Of a stretch of 64,000 nucleotides of DNA, positions 49,852-59,192 are shown one piece after another. The notes beneath the pieces are model-generated. The model did no database searches, was not told the DNA's origin, and saw only the letters and a program-made list of their open reading frames with translations. Position numbers and translations under genes: made by a program. The stretch lies in NCBI GenBank assembly GCA_965277805.1, contig OZ255842.1:4448001-4512000 (forward strand). The letters are read 5' to 3'. How positions within the stretch are numbered: position 1 is the first letter of the stretch; each line of letters begins with the position of its first letter. Source of the DNA: Candidatus Lustribacter sp. (lineage in GTDB: Bacteria; Vulcanimicrobiota; Vulcanimicrobiia; Vulcanimicrobiales; Vulcanimicrobiaceae).

Positions 49852-50739
49852 GTGAAGCCCCGTGCTTACGGCCCTTTCCCTTACTCGCCGATCATTCGTC
49901 GACCGAAATTAGAATGGCCGAACGGCGCTCGGGTCGCCCTTTGGGTCATCCCGAACATCGAGTTCTTCGCGCTTGATGACAGCATTTCGGGTAGCCACAG
50001 TCCGGCGCCGGACATCATGGCCTGGTCGGCGCGTGACTACGGAAACCGCGTCGGCGTGTTCCGGCTGATGGAGGTCATGGACCGTTACAACATCCGTGCG
50101 ACCGTCGCGCTCAACAGCAATCTCTGCGCGCAGCATCCGGAGATTATCGAAGAGGGACAAGCGCGCAAGTGGGAGTGGATGGGTCACAACCAAACCAACA
50201 CGCGCCGTCTGAACGCCGTCCCACCCGAAGAGGAGCTCGGGATCATCCAGGGAGCGCTCTCAACCATCGCTGACGCGACGGGGTCGCGCCCGGTCGGTTG
50301 GCTCGGTTCGGGGCTACAGGAGACGTGGAAGACGCTCGACTACCTCGCAGCGGAAGGCGTGGAATACGTTTCGGACTGGGTTAACGACGACCAACCCTAT
50401 CTGATGAGCCTCGATAACGGAAGCAGCATCGTCGCGATGCCGTACAGCCACGAGATCAACGACAAGCCCGCTTACGAAAATCGCAATTACACCGCGGACG
50501 AGTTCTCCGCGATGATCAAGCGGCAATTCGACGTCCTCTACCGTGAAGGTGCCGACTCGGGGCGCGTCATGGCGATCGCCCTCCACCCGTATCTAAGTGG
50601 CGTGCCGCACCGGATTGACGCTCTCGATGCGGCCTTTGAGCACATATGCCGGCACGAGCACGTCTGGCTCGCAACGGGCGCCGAGATCACCCACCACTAC
50701 TTGGAAACGGCGCTCGCCTCAGCTTCGCACCAGACTTAG
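49852..50739 (+). CDS. PuuE-like polysaccharide deacetylase family protein
   Basis: WPNGARVA, RDYGNRVG, WEWMGH and ALHP motifs. Confidence 0.87.
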   Translation: MKPRAYGPFPYSPIIRRPKLEWPNGARVALWVIPNIEFFALDDSISGSHSPAPDIMAWSARDYGNRVGVFRLMEVMDRYNIRATVALNSNLCAQHPEIIEEGQARKWEWMGHNQTNTRRLNAVPPEEELGIIQGALSTIADATGSRPVGWLGSGLQETWKTLDYLAAEGVEYVSDWVNDDQPYLMSLDNGSSIVAMPYSHEINDKPAYENRNYTADEFSAMIKRQFDVLYREGADSGRVMAIALHPYLSGVPHRIDALDAAFEHICRHEHVWLATGAEITHHYLETALASASHQT

Positions 50740-51771
50740 GCCGTTGTCACTAATGGCGTCTTCTGTTCGTATCATGCGCGTCAGCATTCTGCGCGCCTCG
50801 AGCGCCACTTTATCGGCCGAAAAATACGCCAGAGCGGCACCGCGGGGATCATCGTCGATCATGCGCTGCTGGGCTTCGACGATTTCGACGTCCTCTGCGA
50901 ACGCGGTGCGGCTCATATTGAGGTAGATGCTCGAAACCGCGGGATCGTCGAGCCCCCAACACCGAACCGTCGACCAAAAATAATGCGTGGACGTTTCCGT
51001 TTCGGGCGTGAAGAAGTTGTAGAGAATATGAGTCGGCACGTCGAGCCTCGCGACAGTTCCGGGCTCCTTTGCCGCAAGAATCGCGACGGCAAGGATCGGC
51101 GGATGATACTCCATGATTTGCCAGCGGTCGATCTTGCCGTCTCTTCCCAGCGCCGCCTTGAAGATCGGCGACGGGTCGACGTTGCGCATGACGCGTTCGC
51201 CGCGCACCATGCTGTCCTCAACGGTGACCTCAAGCGGCGTTTCGGCCACGCCCGGCCCAGCGAGCGTGGTCTTGTGGACAAACGCCGTATGCGTGAGGTC
51301 CATGATATTGTCAATCAATAGCTTGTAGTCTGCAGCGACATGGATGTAGTCGCGCACCGCGGCCCAGTGCGGCGAATCATTGTGGCTAAGATCGGGAAGC
51401 AATGCTTCATCGGCCCGTTTCGCCTCGCCGAACCAGGCGTAAACAAATCCATGTTTCTCCACAACGGGAAAGGCGCGCGCGCGAAACGCCGGCGGCGGTG
51501 TATCGCCGGCTGGGATCAACGTGCACGCACCGTCACCCGCGAAGCGGAACCCGTGATACCGGCATTCGATCGAGTCACCGATGACCTGGCCGAACGAAAG
51601 TTGAGCCTTGCGGTGTGGACAACGGTCGTTCAGCATCGCCGCACTTCCGTCGGCCCGCCGAAAGATTACAACGGGTTCGTTGCAGATCCGTCGACCTATC
51701 GGCCGGTCACTAAGTTCTTCAGAGGTCGCCACCGCGTACCAGGCGTTGCGAAGAAACGGCGCTTCAGTCAT
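50719..51771 (-). CDS. Rieske non-heme iron oxygenase alpha subunit (VanA-like)
   Basis: CPHR...CRYHG Rieske motif; DNIMDLTHTAFVH and EDV motifs. Confidence 0.9.
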   Translation of the reverse strand: MTEAPFLRNAWYAVATSEELSDRPIGRRICNEPVVIFRRADGSAAMLNDRCPHRKAQLSFGQVIGDSIECRYHGFRFAGDGACTLIPAGDTPPPAFRARAFPVVEKHGFVYAWFGEAKRADEALLPDLSHNDSPHWAAVRDYIHVAADYKLLIDNIMDLTHTAFVHKTTLAGPGVAETPLEVTVEDSMVRGERVMRNVDPSPIFKAALGRDGKIDRWQIMEYHPPILAVAILAAKEPGTVARLDVPTHILYNFFTPETETSTHYFWSTVRCWGLDDPAVSSIYLNMSRTAFAEDVEIVEAQQRMIDDDPRGAALAYFSADKVALEARRMLTRMIRTEDAISDNGLSLVRS

Positions 51772-51889
51772 AGGGAACCCTCAGGCGCGCAATGTTAGGG
51801 TGATTTTACGCTCACTCCCGCAATCTGTCCAATACAACGTTTGAGGCTCGAGAGTTCCTTGGATGGAGAAGCCGGCATGGCGAAGCTCG

Positions 51890-52795
51890 CTACGCTGCCC
51901 CTCGTTTGCGATAAAGAGCTCGATCTGCTCTCTCGATCAGGGTATCCACGGTATCGCCGGCCACCATTGCAGCGAGTCCAAACGTGATGGAGCCCGGGTC
52001 TGATGCCGCGGCCAGGAGAGACGCATTGACCTCCGTGAGTCGCGCCGCCGCGTCGGCTTCTGTCATATCAGAAAGAGCACACACGAACTCATCCCCACCA
52101 TAACGGACGATCCGGTCGTAAAGCCGCAACTTTTCGCCAAGCATTCTAACGACGGAGCGTAATAATCGGTCTCCGGCGGCATGCCCGTGGACATCGTTGA
52201 TAGTTTTGAGTGAGTCAACGTCGATAAATGCTAAAACCAAAGCGGCGTTTGTCCGTCCTGCCCGTTCGATCTCGCGTTCTACCTCTATGAGTCCGGGTCC
52301 GCGAAGATATGCACCGGTAAGGCCATCCATGGCGGCGGAAGCACGTTCCTTTGCCGATACAATCCGCTGGGCTGCAGCTAGATCGCGCTCAACGGCCGAC
52401 TCGCCTCGCGCAAGCATGCTGGCATTGCGGTTTTGAGATGCGTGAGCACGATCATGCGACGCTTCCGCTCGCTCAATCTCGGCAGCAAAGCGGCTCTCGG
52501 ACGACCATTTTCGGTCGGCAGCTGCATGCGAACGCATGAATGCTTCAGGTGCGCTCTCGGTCGCGGACTCAGAGGCACGTGCCCGTGCGGTTGCGGCATC
52601 CCTATCATCTGCCGCCTGATCGCGGAGCTTTGCGGCTCGGTCGCGGCTAGCTGCGAGCGTGTCGCGGCTATCAGCCGCTCCATCACGCAAAGCGCTTTCG
52701 ATATCTCGGCGTTCACTTGACGCGTCGCGCTGGGCGGCGGCATCGTTGCGCTTGTCGACGCTGCCCTCGCTTTGATTTGAATCCTCCGTACTCAA
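51890..52795 (-). CDS. Diguanylate cyclase with RD-heptad coiled-coil N-terminus
   Basis: DGLTG, NDVHGH, I-site RLYD and RYGGDEF motifs. Confidence 0.9.
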   Translation of the reverse strand: MSTEDSNQSEGSVDKRNDAAAQRDASSERRDIESALRDGAADSRDTLAASRDRAAKLRDQAADDRDAATARARASESATESAPEAFMRSHAAADRKWSSESRFAAEIERAEASHDRAHASQNRNASMLARGESAVERDLAAAQRIVSAKERASAAMDGLTGAYLRGPGLIEVEREIERAGRTNAALVLAFIDVDSLKTINDVHGHAAGDRLLRSVVRMLGEKLRLYDRIVRYGGDEFVCALSDMTEADAAARLTEVNASLLAAASDPGSITFGLAAMVAGDTVDTLIERADRALYRKRGAA

Positions 52796-52822
52796 ATGCT
52801 AGCCTTTCATTGAATCGTCAGA

Positions 52823-53101
52823 CTAAGCCGCGGGCAAACCTTGCAAAAAATATCGTAAGCGCGTGCGATGAGTCAGATCGCCAACGAGACGCCGAGCGCT
52901 TGTCGGCGCTAGCAATGTCGGGGTTATCAGAACGCGATACTCCCAGGCTCGGTCCGGGTCGTCGAAGACATTGACAATCTCTAGCGCAAACAGCCGGTCC
53001 GGCATCTCGACTATCGCAATTTTGATGTTTGCCATCGCAGCGCTCGAACGCAACCCCTCGTTGCCCACGAACAAGAGCAGTACGATTGTCTGTGCGTTCA
53101 C
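52823..53101 (-). CDS. kaiB: KaiB-like protein
   Basis: LLLFV...S..A..N, LEIVNV..DP and TPTL...RRLVGDLT motifs. Confidence 0.85.
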   Translation of the reverse strand: MNAQTIVLLLFVGNEGLRSSAAMANIKIAIVEMPDRLFALEIVNVFDDPDRAWEYRVLITPTLLAPTSARRLVGDLTHRTRLRYFLQGLPAA

Positions 53102-54828
53102 AACACGTCATCACCGTGGCGCAACGTATGGATCAAATCGGTCTCGCGCTCGTGGGCCGGACCACTTGCGGCCGTACGCCGAGCCAGGTCTGCCCGGTGC
53201 TCCTCCAATTCGTCGAGCCGCCGCTGCGCATCTCGAAGGGTACGCAAAAGCTCCTCGCCCTCGCGGTCGAGCGAGCTGCGCTCCTGTTCGAATGCAAGTG
53301 CTTCCGAGATCCGGCTGGCAGCATCAGATTGTTCACGCTCAACACGGGCAGTCCCGACAAGAACGTCGCCACCTGAGGAATAAACATCGGCCAAGTCAAT
53401 CCCGTCGCTCGAAAGCAACAGCTCGCGCATTTGATTCGAATGGGCGGTGCCGCGCGATTTAACGATCGTCAAGGTCCGATTGCGCTCGCCGCCACGATTG
53501 GCAAAGCTCAAATGGATCCATGTGTCCGCGATTGTCGATACGCGGGTCGGCGTAGATTCAAGGTCGCCCGCCGGGGGAGGCGCGACGGCAGTAAAGATTG
53601 CCGTGATATTACGTGATTTCATCAGAACGACCAGACGCTCCGTCGTGGCATCGGCGAGATCGCTACCACCAGCCTTAACCAAGGCCGAAATCGGATCGAT
53701 GACAACTCGAGTAGGCTCGTGTGTATCTAGCAGGCGTTCGATGGCCAGATAGTGGTCGTCAGCAATGATACTGCCGGCGGAAAACGACGCCGATACAAAC
53801 AATCCCGCGCTCATGTCATCTGCGACGTCTAATCCAACGGAGCGCACGTCGATCGTCACCTGGTTGGCCGGTTCGTCGAAACCGATGAAGAGGGCACGTT
53901 CTCCGTTACTGGTCCCAGCCTTAAGAAATGCCATACTGAGTGTTGTTTTCGATGTGCCTGGCAGTCCGGAAAGCAAGACCGTGGTACCTTGCCGGTAGCC
54001 GCCGAGCAGCATTCGATCGAGTCGCTCTACCCCGGTGGACAGGCGCCCCAACGGCGACTGAAAGATGGTGTTTGTACGCGTCGGCGTGTTCAAAACCCGA
54101 ATACCGAAGTGCGAGATGTTATATGCGTGCGACCCGCCGAGAAACGGTGCACCCCGCAATTTCATCACGGAAAGCGTGCGCCGTGAAAGTTCGCCGACCA
54201 GCGTTGTTTTAAGGCGGATGACCGCATCCGCGGCGTATTCGACGACGTCGAACCTTGGTGGGAGGCGCTGATCGCTCTCGTCCGCTTTCACCGTCAGTAG
54301 CGCCGTCAAGTTAGCTCCGGTCAGCCAATTGATCAGTCGAATGATTTCGCGTCGCCGGATCGACGGATTTTCCGAAATAGCGAACAGCGCATCGAGACCG
54401 TCGATTGCGATTCTCTTAATACCCTGCTTCGTGACGATCGATGAAGCGATCGATATGAGACCACTCAAATCGAACTCACCAGCTTCAACGGCGTCCTCCG
54501 AAAGCCGGCCGTCCAATAATTGGACGCCGTTTCCGAGTACGTCCGCAAGCGGCCAGGATGCCGCGGGGTAGTTATGCTTGAGCGCGTCCGGCGATTCCTC
54601 AAAAGTAATCATGAGGCCAGGCTCGCCTAATGAAGCAGCGCCGTTAACCAGGTACTGCATTGCGAGGACCGTCTTACCGCTGCCCGGTTCGCCCACGATA
54701 ATGGTCGTGCGACCGGACGGAAAGCCGCCGCACAACACGGCGTCCAAGCCCTTAATCCCGCTCGCAGCAGTCGCTGATACTCCGCGTTCGGCGGCCCATT
54801 CGCTGCGGGAGGCGTCTTCATGCGGCAT
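53098..54828 (-). CDS. kaiC: KaiC-family double-domain ATPase/kinase
   Basis: Two RecA domains (GEPGSGKT/TFEES and GLPGTSKT), VSTIADTW phospho-site region, KSRGTAHSNQMRE. Confidence 0.92.
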   Translation of the reverse strand: MPHEDASRSEWAAERGVSATAASGIKGLDAVLCGGFPSGRTTIIVGEPGSGKTVLAMQYLVNGAASLGEPGLMITFEESPDALKHNYPAASWPLADVLGNGVQLLDGRLSEDAVEAGEFDLSGLISIASSIVTKQGIKRIAIDGLDALFAISENPSIRRREIIRLINWLTGANLTALLTVKADESDQRLPPRFDVVEYAADAVIRLKTTLVGELSRRTLSVMKLRGAPFLGGSHAYNISHFGIRVLNTPTRTNTIFQSPLGRLSTGVERLDRMLLGGYRQGTTVLLSGLPGTSKTTLSMAFLKAGTSNGERALFIGFDEPANQVTIDVRSVGLDVADDMSAGLFVSASFSAGSIIADDHYLAIERLLDTHEPTRVVIDPISALVKAGGSDLADATTERLVVLMKSRNITAIFTAVAPPPAGDLESTPTRVSTIADTWIHLSFANRGGERNRTLTIVKSRGTAHSNQMRELLLSSDGIDLADVYSSGGDVLVGTARVEREQSDAASRISEALAFEQERSSLDREGEELLRTLRDAQRRLDELEEHRADLARRTAASGPAHERETDLIHTLRHGDDVL

Positions 54829-57460
54829 AAGTCACCCCCATGCGACGCAACATCTCTTCAAAAGACTCGGGGCGCGCAACCAAAAAGCCTTGACCGTAGC
54901 GGCAACCATGCTTTAGCAGCCACGCCGCTTGGGCTTCGGTCTCAATGCCCTCTGCGAGCGTAGCGAACCCAAAACGATCAGTGATTCGCAGCAACATTTC
55001 GGCGACCGCAGTATCACGTTCGTCGTCCGGTAAACCGGTAATAAACGATCGATCGATTTTGATCACGTCAACTCGCAAGTCTTTCAGATACGAAAGGGAC
55101 GAATAGCCCGTTCCGAAGTCATCAATGGCGACCTTGATTCCCCATTTACGAAACAGATCGATCGTGCTCATCGAACGTTCTACGTTCTCCATTGCAGCCG
55201 TCTCCGTGACCTCGATCCCAAGGTGATCCACGAGCTTGCCGTCGCCGCGAATCGCCTCGTTCAACTCCGCGATGAAGGCGACATCGTCAAGCATTTGGGC
55301 TGCGACATTGAAATAAATCCGGGCGCCGGGCGGCAGTGAAAGAGCGCTCGAGACGTCATGCACAACCCGCCGAAAGACCCAGCGAGTAACCGCGGCAATC
55401 AAACCATTGCGCTCAGCGAAGTCGATGAATTCCGAGGGCGGCAACCGGCCACGCTCTGGATGGTCCCATCTGACAAGGGCTTCGGCGCCGATGATCGCCC
55501 GCGTCGTCAGATCAAACGTCGGCTGATATTCAAGTAGAAGCTGGTCTTGGGATATAGCATTGCTCAACTCGACCACGCGCAAGTGAGCTTCCTCGAATAT
55601 TTCTTCCATGTGAGCATCGAACATCATCGCGCTCGAACCGCCACGGTCTTTCGCAACCGTGAGCGCGACATCTGCCTTTCGCATCAGGTCCTCGGCACTC
55701 GCACCATCTCGTGGATAGCATGCTCCGCCGAAGGAGGCACCGATCGATAGAAGTTGTGTTCCGTCGCGGTCGCCGGTATGAAAGGGGGCATGAAAGAGGT
55801 CACCGTAGCGCTGAAGTTCGGCCGTCTGACTAGCAAGTTGACTAGCGCGAATCAGCAGCCCGAATTCATCAGCACTCATTCGTGCCACCAAATCGAGTGA
55901 AGAAACGGACGTGAGTGCCGCTGACACCTCAACGAGGACCTCGTCCCCTATCTGATGCCCATGACGTTCATTGATGCGCCGGAACTCGTCGACGTCGACA
56001 AATGCTAGCGTGAACGCTCTGCCCGTTCGAATCTCATCGCGCACAGCTTTGCGGAATTGAACTCGATTCTCGAGTCCGGTGAGAGCGTCGTGTTCGATTT
56101 GAAACTGAATGCGTTCGAATTGCTGCTGCTGCTTAAAACTGCTTGCAAAGAATGAAGCGACGACATCCACATACGCAAGGTCGTCATTTACGAATGGCTC
56201 GTCAAGCATCTTTTCAGGAGACGCAAAGCCGAGGAAATACGTTACTCGACCAATATTAACCGGCGTCCCAATGAAGCTACGCAAGTCAAGAGCGTCGGAA
56301 AGCCGCCCGCTGTCGTCTACTAAGCTCAAATCATTCCATGCCGTCGTGTGCCCTGCGACGAAGAGGCTGTTCTGGAGCATGAAGGCGCGCGGAAACCGCG
56401 CGCCGGCATGGACTGTCGTCGCGAAGCCGCCCGGATCGGCCTCAGATCCGCGCCACGACGTCGCGTCGAAGACGATTTCCTCGCCGTCGAGATGACTCAG
56501 GGTCCCGAACATGCACATCCCAGGTCGCATGGCGGCCGTCGCGATGCCTAAAATCGTTTCGTACTGATCTCCATCGGGCCGCGCTACGTACGAGGCGATC
56601 TCCCACACAGCGCGGATCCGACCCGCGCGTTTGGAGGACTCGTCCTCAACCGCGCTGAGCCGGTATCGCGACATTACAAGCGTTCGTAGCGACGCAACGA
56701 GAACAAACGCGCCGCCGAGCAGCATTAGGGCGCGGCTGGCATAAAAGGCGTCGCTGAAACGCACGGTTAGCGGAGCCAGAAGCGTATCGAGCAAGAGAGC
56801 CGTTAGCGACAGTGTTAGCGCTCGATCGATGATATTCGGCGTTCGCGCAGTAAACGTGCGGATGGCCACCACCGCCAAAAATGCCGCCACCACCGGACCG
56901 ACTTTGCTGCTCGCGACACCGGCCAGCGACGGTTCGCTCACGAGTGGTACCAGCGCGCCTAAGATAAGCGCGGCTAGAACACCAAGTGCGAAGAGAAATG
57001 CGGCGAAAAGGCTGGAGTATATCTGAAAGCGTCGCGTCGGACGGACGTCTTTCTCCACATCACGAGTGAGGATATAAAACAGGGCACCGATACCAGCTGT
57101 GAAGTGCCAGATAATGATGATCCAAACGCCGGTTTGCTGTGGCGACCAGAAGATCGGCGGCGCCGAAGGTAGCAGGGCCGAAACGAACAGCATGATGGTC
57201 ATGAGGCCGGCGTTGACTGCGAACGCAAGGGCCAACACGAATATTGCACGACGTTCCGCCGAATGGCGCCACGTGGCGAAGAGCACAAGTGCCGTAGCGG
57301 CGTAGCCGAGGGCCGTCGCGAACGAGATGACCGGACCGATTGGGGCCAACCGTAGATTCATTGAAGCTGGGAAGTGCGCCATCGCGCCGACGACGGCTGC
57401 GATTCCATACACTAGGACAAGCCCGGGGCCAATTTGGACCAGCCGGCGGGGCAAAGTCAC
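54818..57460 (-). CDS. Membrane sensor (MASE4-like)-GAF-GGDEF-EAL protein
   Basis: About 8 TM helices with WHF motif, HDALTGLENR, degenerate SADEF, intact EAL and DDFGTGYSS. Confidence 0.88.
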   Translation of the reverse strand: MTLPRRLVQIGPGLVLVYGIAAVVGAMAHFPASMNLRLAPIGPVISFATALGYAATALVLFATWRHSAERRAIFVLALAFAVNAGLMTIMLFVSALLPSAPPIFWSPQQTGVWIIIIWHFTAGIGALFYILTRDVEKDVRPTRRFQIYSSLFAAFLFALGVLAALILGALVPLVSEPSLAGVASSKVGPVVAAFLAVVAIRTFTARTPNIIDRALTLSLTALLLDTLLAPLTVRFSDAFYASRALMLLGGAFVLVASLRTLVMSRYRLSAVEDESSKRAGRIRAVWEIASYVARPDGDQYETILGIATAAMRPGMCMFGTLSHLDGEEIVFDATSWRGSEADPGGFATTVHAGARFPRAFMLQNSLFVAGHTTAWNDLSLVDDSGRLSDALDLRSFIGTPVNIGRVTYFLGFASPEKMLDEPFVNDDLAYVDVVASFFASSFKQQQQFERIQFQIEHDALTGLENRVQFRKAVRDEIRTGRAFTLAFVDVDEFRRINERHGHQIGDEVLVEVSAALTSVSSLDLVARMSADEFGLLIRASQLASQTAELQRYGDLFHAPFHTGDRDGTQLLSIGASFGGACYPRDGASAEDLMRKADVALTVAKDRGGSSAMMFDAHMEEIFEEAHLRVVELSNAISQDQLLLEYQPTFDLTTRAIIGAEALVRWDHPERGRLPPSEFIDFAERNGLIAAVTRWVFRRVVHDVSSALSLPPGARIYFNVAAQMLDDVAFIAELNEAIRGDGKLVDHLGIEVTETAAMENVERSMSTIDLFRKWGIKVAIDDFGTGYSSLSYLKDLRVDVIKIDRSFITGLPDDERDTAVAEMLLRITDRFGFATLAEGIETEAQAAWLLKHGCRYGQGFLVARPESFEEMLRRMGVTYAA

Positions 57461-58254
57461 GCAACGACTTTCAGGACGAGCGCAGCGACATCGTCGTGGA
57501 GCTGACGCGATGCGAACTCGTAGGCATAATCGACGATCGCCTCCGCCTGGCGCTCGGCGCTGCGTGCCGCATGTCTCTGCAGTATCTCGATGACCGCGTC
57601 CGCACCTAAGAATCTGCGCTGTTCGTCGCGCGCCTCCGAAAAACCGTCGGTAAATGCCGCAATCGCATCGCCGGGCCGTATTGCGATCGTGCCTTGATCG
57701 AACCCGGCGTCGCTATCCATCAGCCCTATGATCGGGCCGGTCGCCGGAAGTTGCTGTGCACCCAAGGGTGCAAAGAGATATGCCGCTTCGTGACCTGCTG
57801 AAACGTAGTTCAGACTTCGCCGATCGGGTGGTATGATCGCAAAGAAGAGCGTTGCGAAGAACTCTTCGTCACCCTCGAAATCGCTATTCTCAATACAAAG
57901 TCGATTTAGCGCCTGGACGCAACCGCGCGCATCGAGACCAAGTGATGCGTAGCCGCGCAGCGCGTGTTTGGCAAGTCCGGCATTACGTGCCGCTGGAATG
58001 CCATGCCCCGTGATGTCCACGACGGAGAGTGCGGTTGAACCGCCTCCGAAAAAAAAGACGTCGACGACATCGCCCCCGTAGTGGAAGTCGCCCACGGCAC
58101 CGCGATACGCGCGTCCAACGTCAAGACCGGGCAGCTGGCGGACGCTCGGCCGGTAGAGCGCCTCCACAATACGTCGCATTTCACCCTGCAAATGGCTTTC
58201 GGCCACGGGCTCATCGGCCGATTCTCCAGTGAGGCGACGCGCCTGGAAGCTCAT
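57457..58254 (-). CDS. SpoIIE/PP2C-family Ser/Thr phosphatase
   Basis: GGDVVD, DITGHG, TDGFSE and DDVA motifs. ATG 58254 overlaps the crp stop. Confidence 0.88.
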   Translation of the reverse strand: MSFQARRLTGESADEPVAESHLQGEMRRIVEALYRPSVRQLPGLDVGRAYRGAVGDFHYGGDVVDVFFFGGGSTALSVVDITGHGIPAARNAGLAKHALRGYASLGLDARGCVQALNRLCIENSDFEGDEEFFATLFFAIIPPDRRSLNYVSAGHEAAYLFAPLGAQQLPATGPIIGLMDSDAGFDQGTIAIRPGDAIAAFTDGFSEARDEQRRFLGADAVIEILQRHAARSAERQAEAIVDYAYEFASRQLHDDVAALVLKVVA

Positions 58255-58985
58255 TCCCGTATAGACATTTCGAATGCCATCATGCAGGCTTGATAGCATT
58301 CGCATGCGGTGACGCGTAGGAGTTCTAGGTCAAGTATCGTGACGATCCCGCGAGAATACGAGATCGCTCCAGCGCGTTGAACGGCCTCCGTCGCTTCAGA
58401 AACACTTGACCGTGGAACGGCGAGCATGATCGCAAGGAATTCGTCGCTAAGCTTGAACGTCGGCTCGTCAACTCGGTCTGCAGTCATCGCGAGCCATCGC
58501 GCACATCGCTGAGTCACCGAGTGCTTCGCGTTGCACGCCGCGTATTGCTGCGCGCTGAAAAGCGCCGCGCGAACACTCAAATGCATACGCCGCGCGAATA
58601 CCGCGCTGCTTGCCATTCGAGATGCGAATCGTTCGATAGACATTCGCCCGACGGAGCCGCGAACCTGACAAAACGAAGAGCGCTGCGCGCGGGCCGAAGC
58701 GATAACAGCGTCGTACTCAACGAAACCTTCTCTTCCGACGGTCCCAACTTCAATGCTTTCGCCACCCTTGAGCGTGGCCACAACCGACAGCACGGCATTG
58801 ATGGGAAAGTCAACAAAGTCTAGAACGTCATCGGCGGCATGCGTATGCCGATGGGCCTCTAGTGTCACAATCGTAAGATCGGCAAGCAAATCGACGCGAT
58901 CGTTATACGGTAACGCGTCGAGCAGGCGATTTCCGCTGCGAATATTGCCCGCGGCGTCAGGGGATATGGTGGAACCGCGAGGCAC
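58251..58985 (-). CDS. Crp/Fnr-family transcriptional regulator
   Basis: NRLLDAL, GTVGREG and QRCARWL motifs; HTH FLAIMLAVPRSSVS. Confidence 0.88.
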   Translation of the reverse strand: MPRGSTISPDAAGNIRSGNRLLDALPYNDRVDLLADLTIVTLEAHRHTHAADDVLDFVDFPINAVLSVVATLKGGESIEVGTVGREGFVEYDAVIASARAQRSSFCQVRGSVGRMSIERFASRMASSAVFARRMHLSVRAALFSAQQYAACNAKHSVTQRCARWLAMTADRVDEPTFKLSDEFLAIMLAVPRSSVSEATEAVQRAGAISYSRGIVTILDLELLRVTACECYQACMMAFEMSIRE

Positions 58986-59062
58986 GGCAGTCCGATCGTC
59001 GAGATCGCAGTTCAGCCGGGTTGGCTCGACTACGTCCTCACGCTAAGATTATAGCATACCGT

Positions 59063-59080
59063 GCGTACTCTAGCGTACGC
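59063..59080. promoter_or_regulatory. Palindrome GCGTAC-N6-GTACGC upstream of the crp-led operon
   Basis: Seen directly; 6-bp spacer as in CRP/FNR boxes. Confidence 0.4.
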
Positions 59081-59192
59081 CTGTTAGCGGGTGTCCAAAT
59101 GATCAGTTTGCGCGTTTGCCTTACTAGGCAACGGCTAACCCCCCGTGGCCTCACGGGGCTCCATCGCATCATCGGAGAACGACTCGAGCGCG

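Noticed and set aside
52823-54828. True self-sustained circadian clock
   Set aside because: No kaiA or sasA in the window, and oscillation cannot be inferred from sequence.
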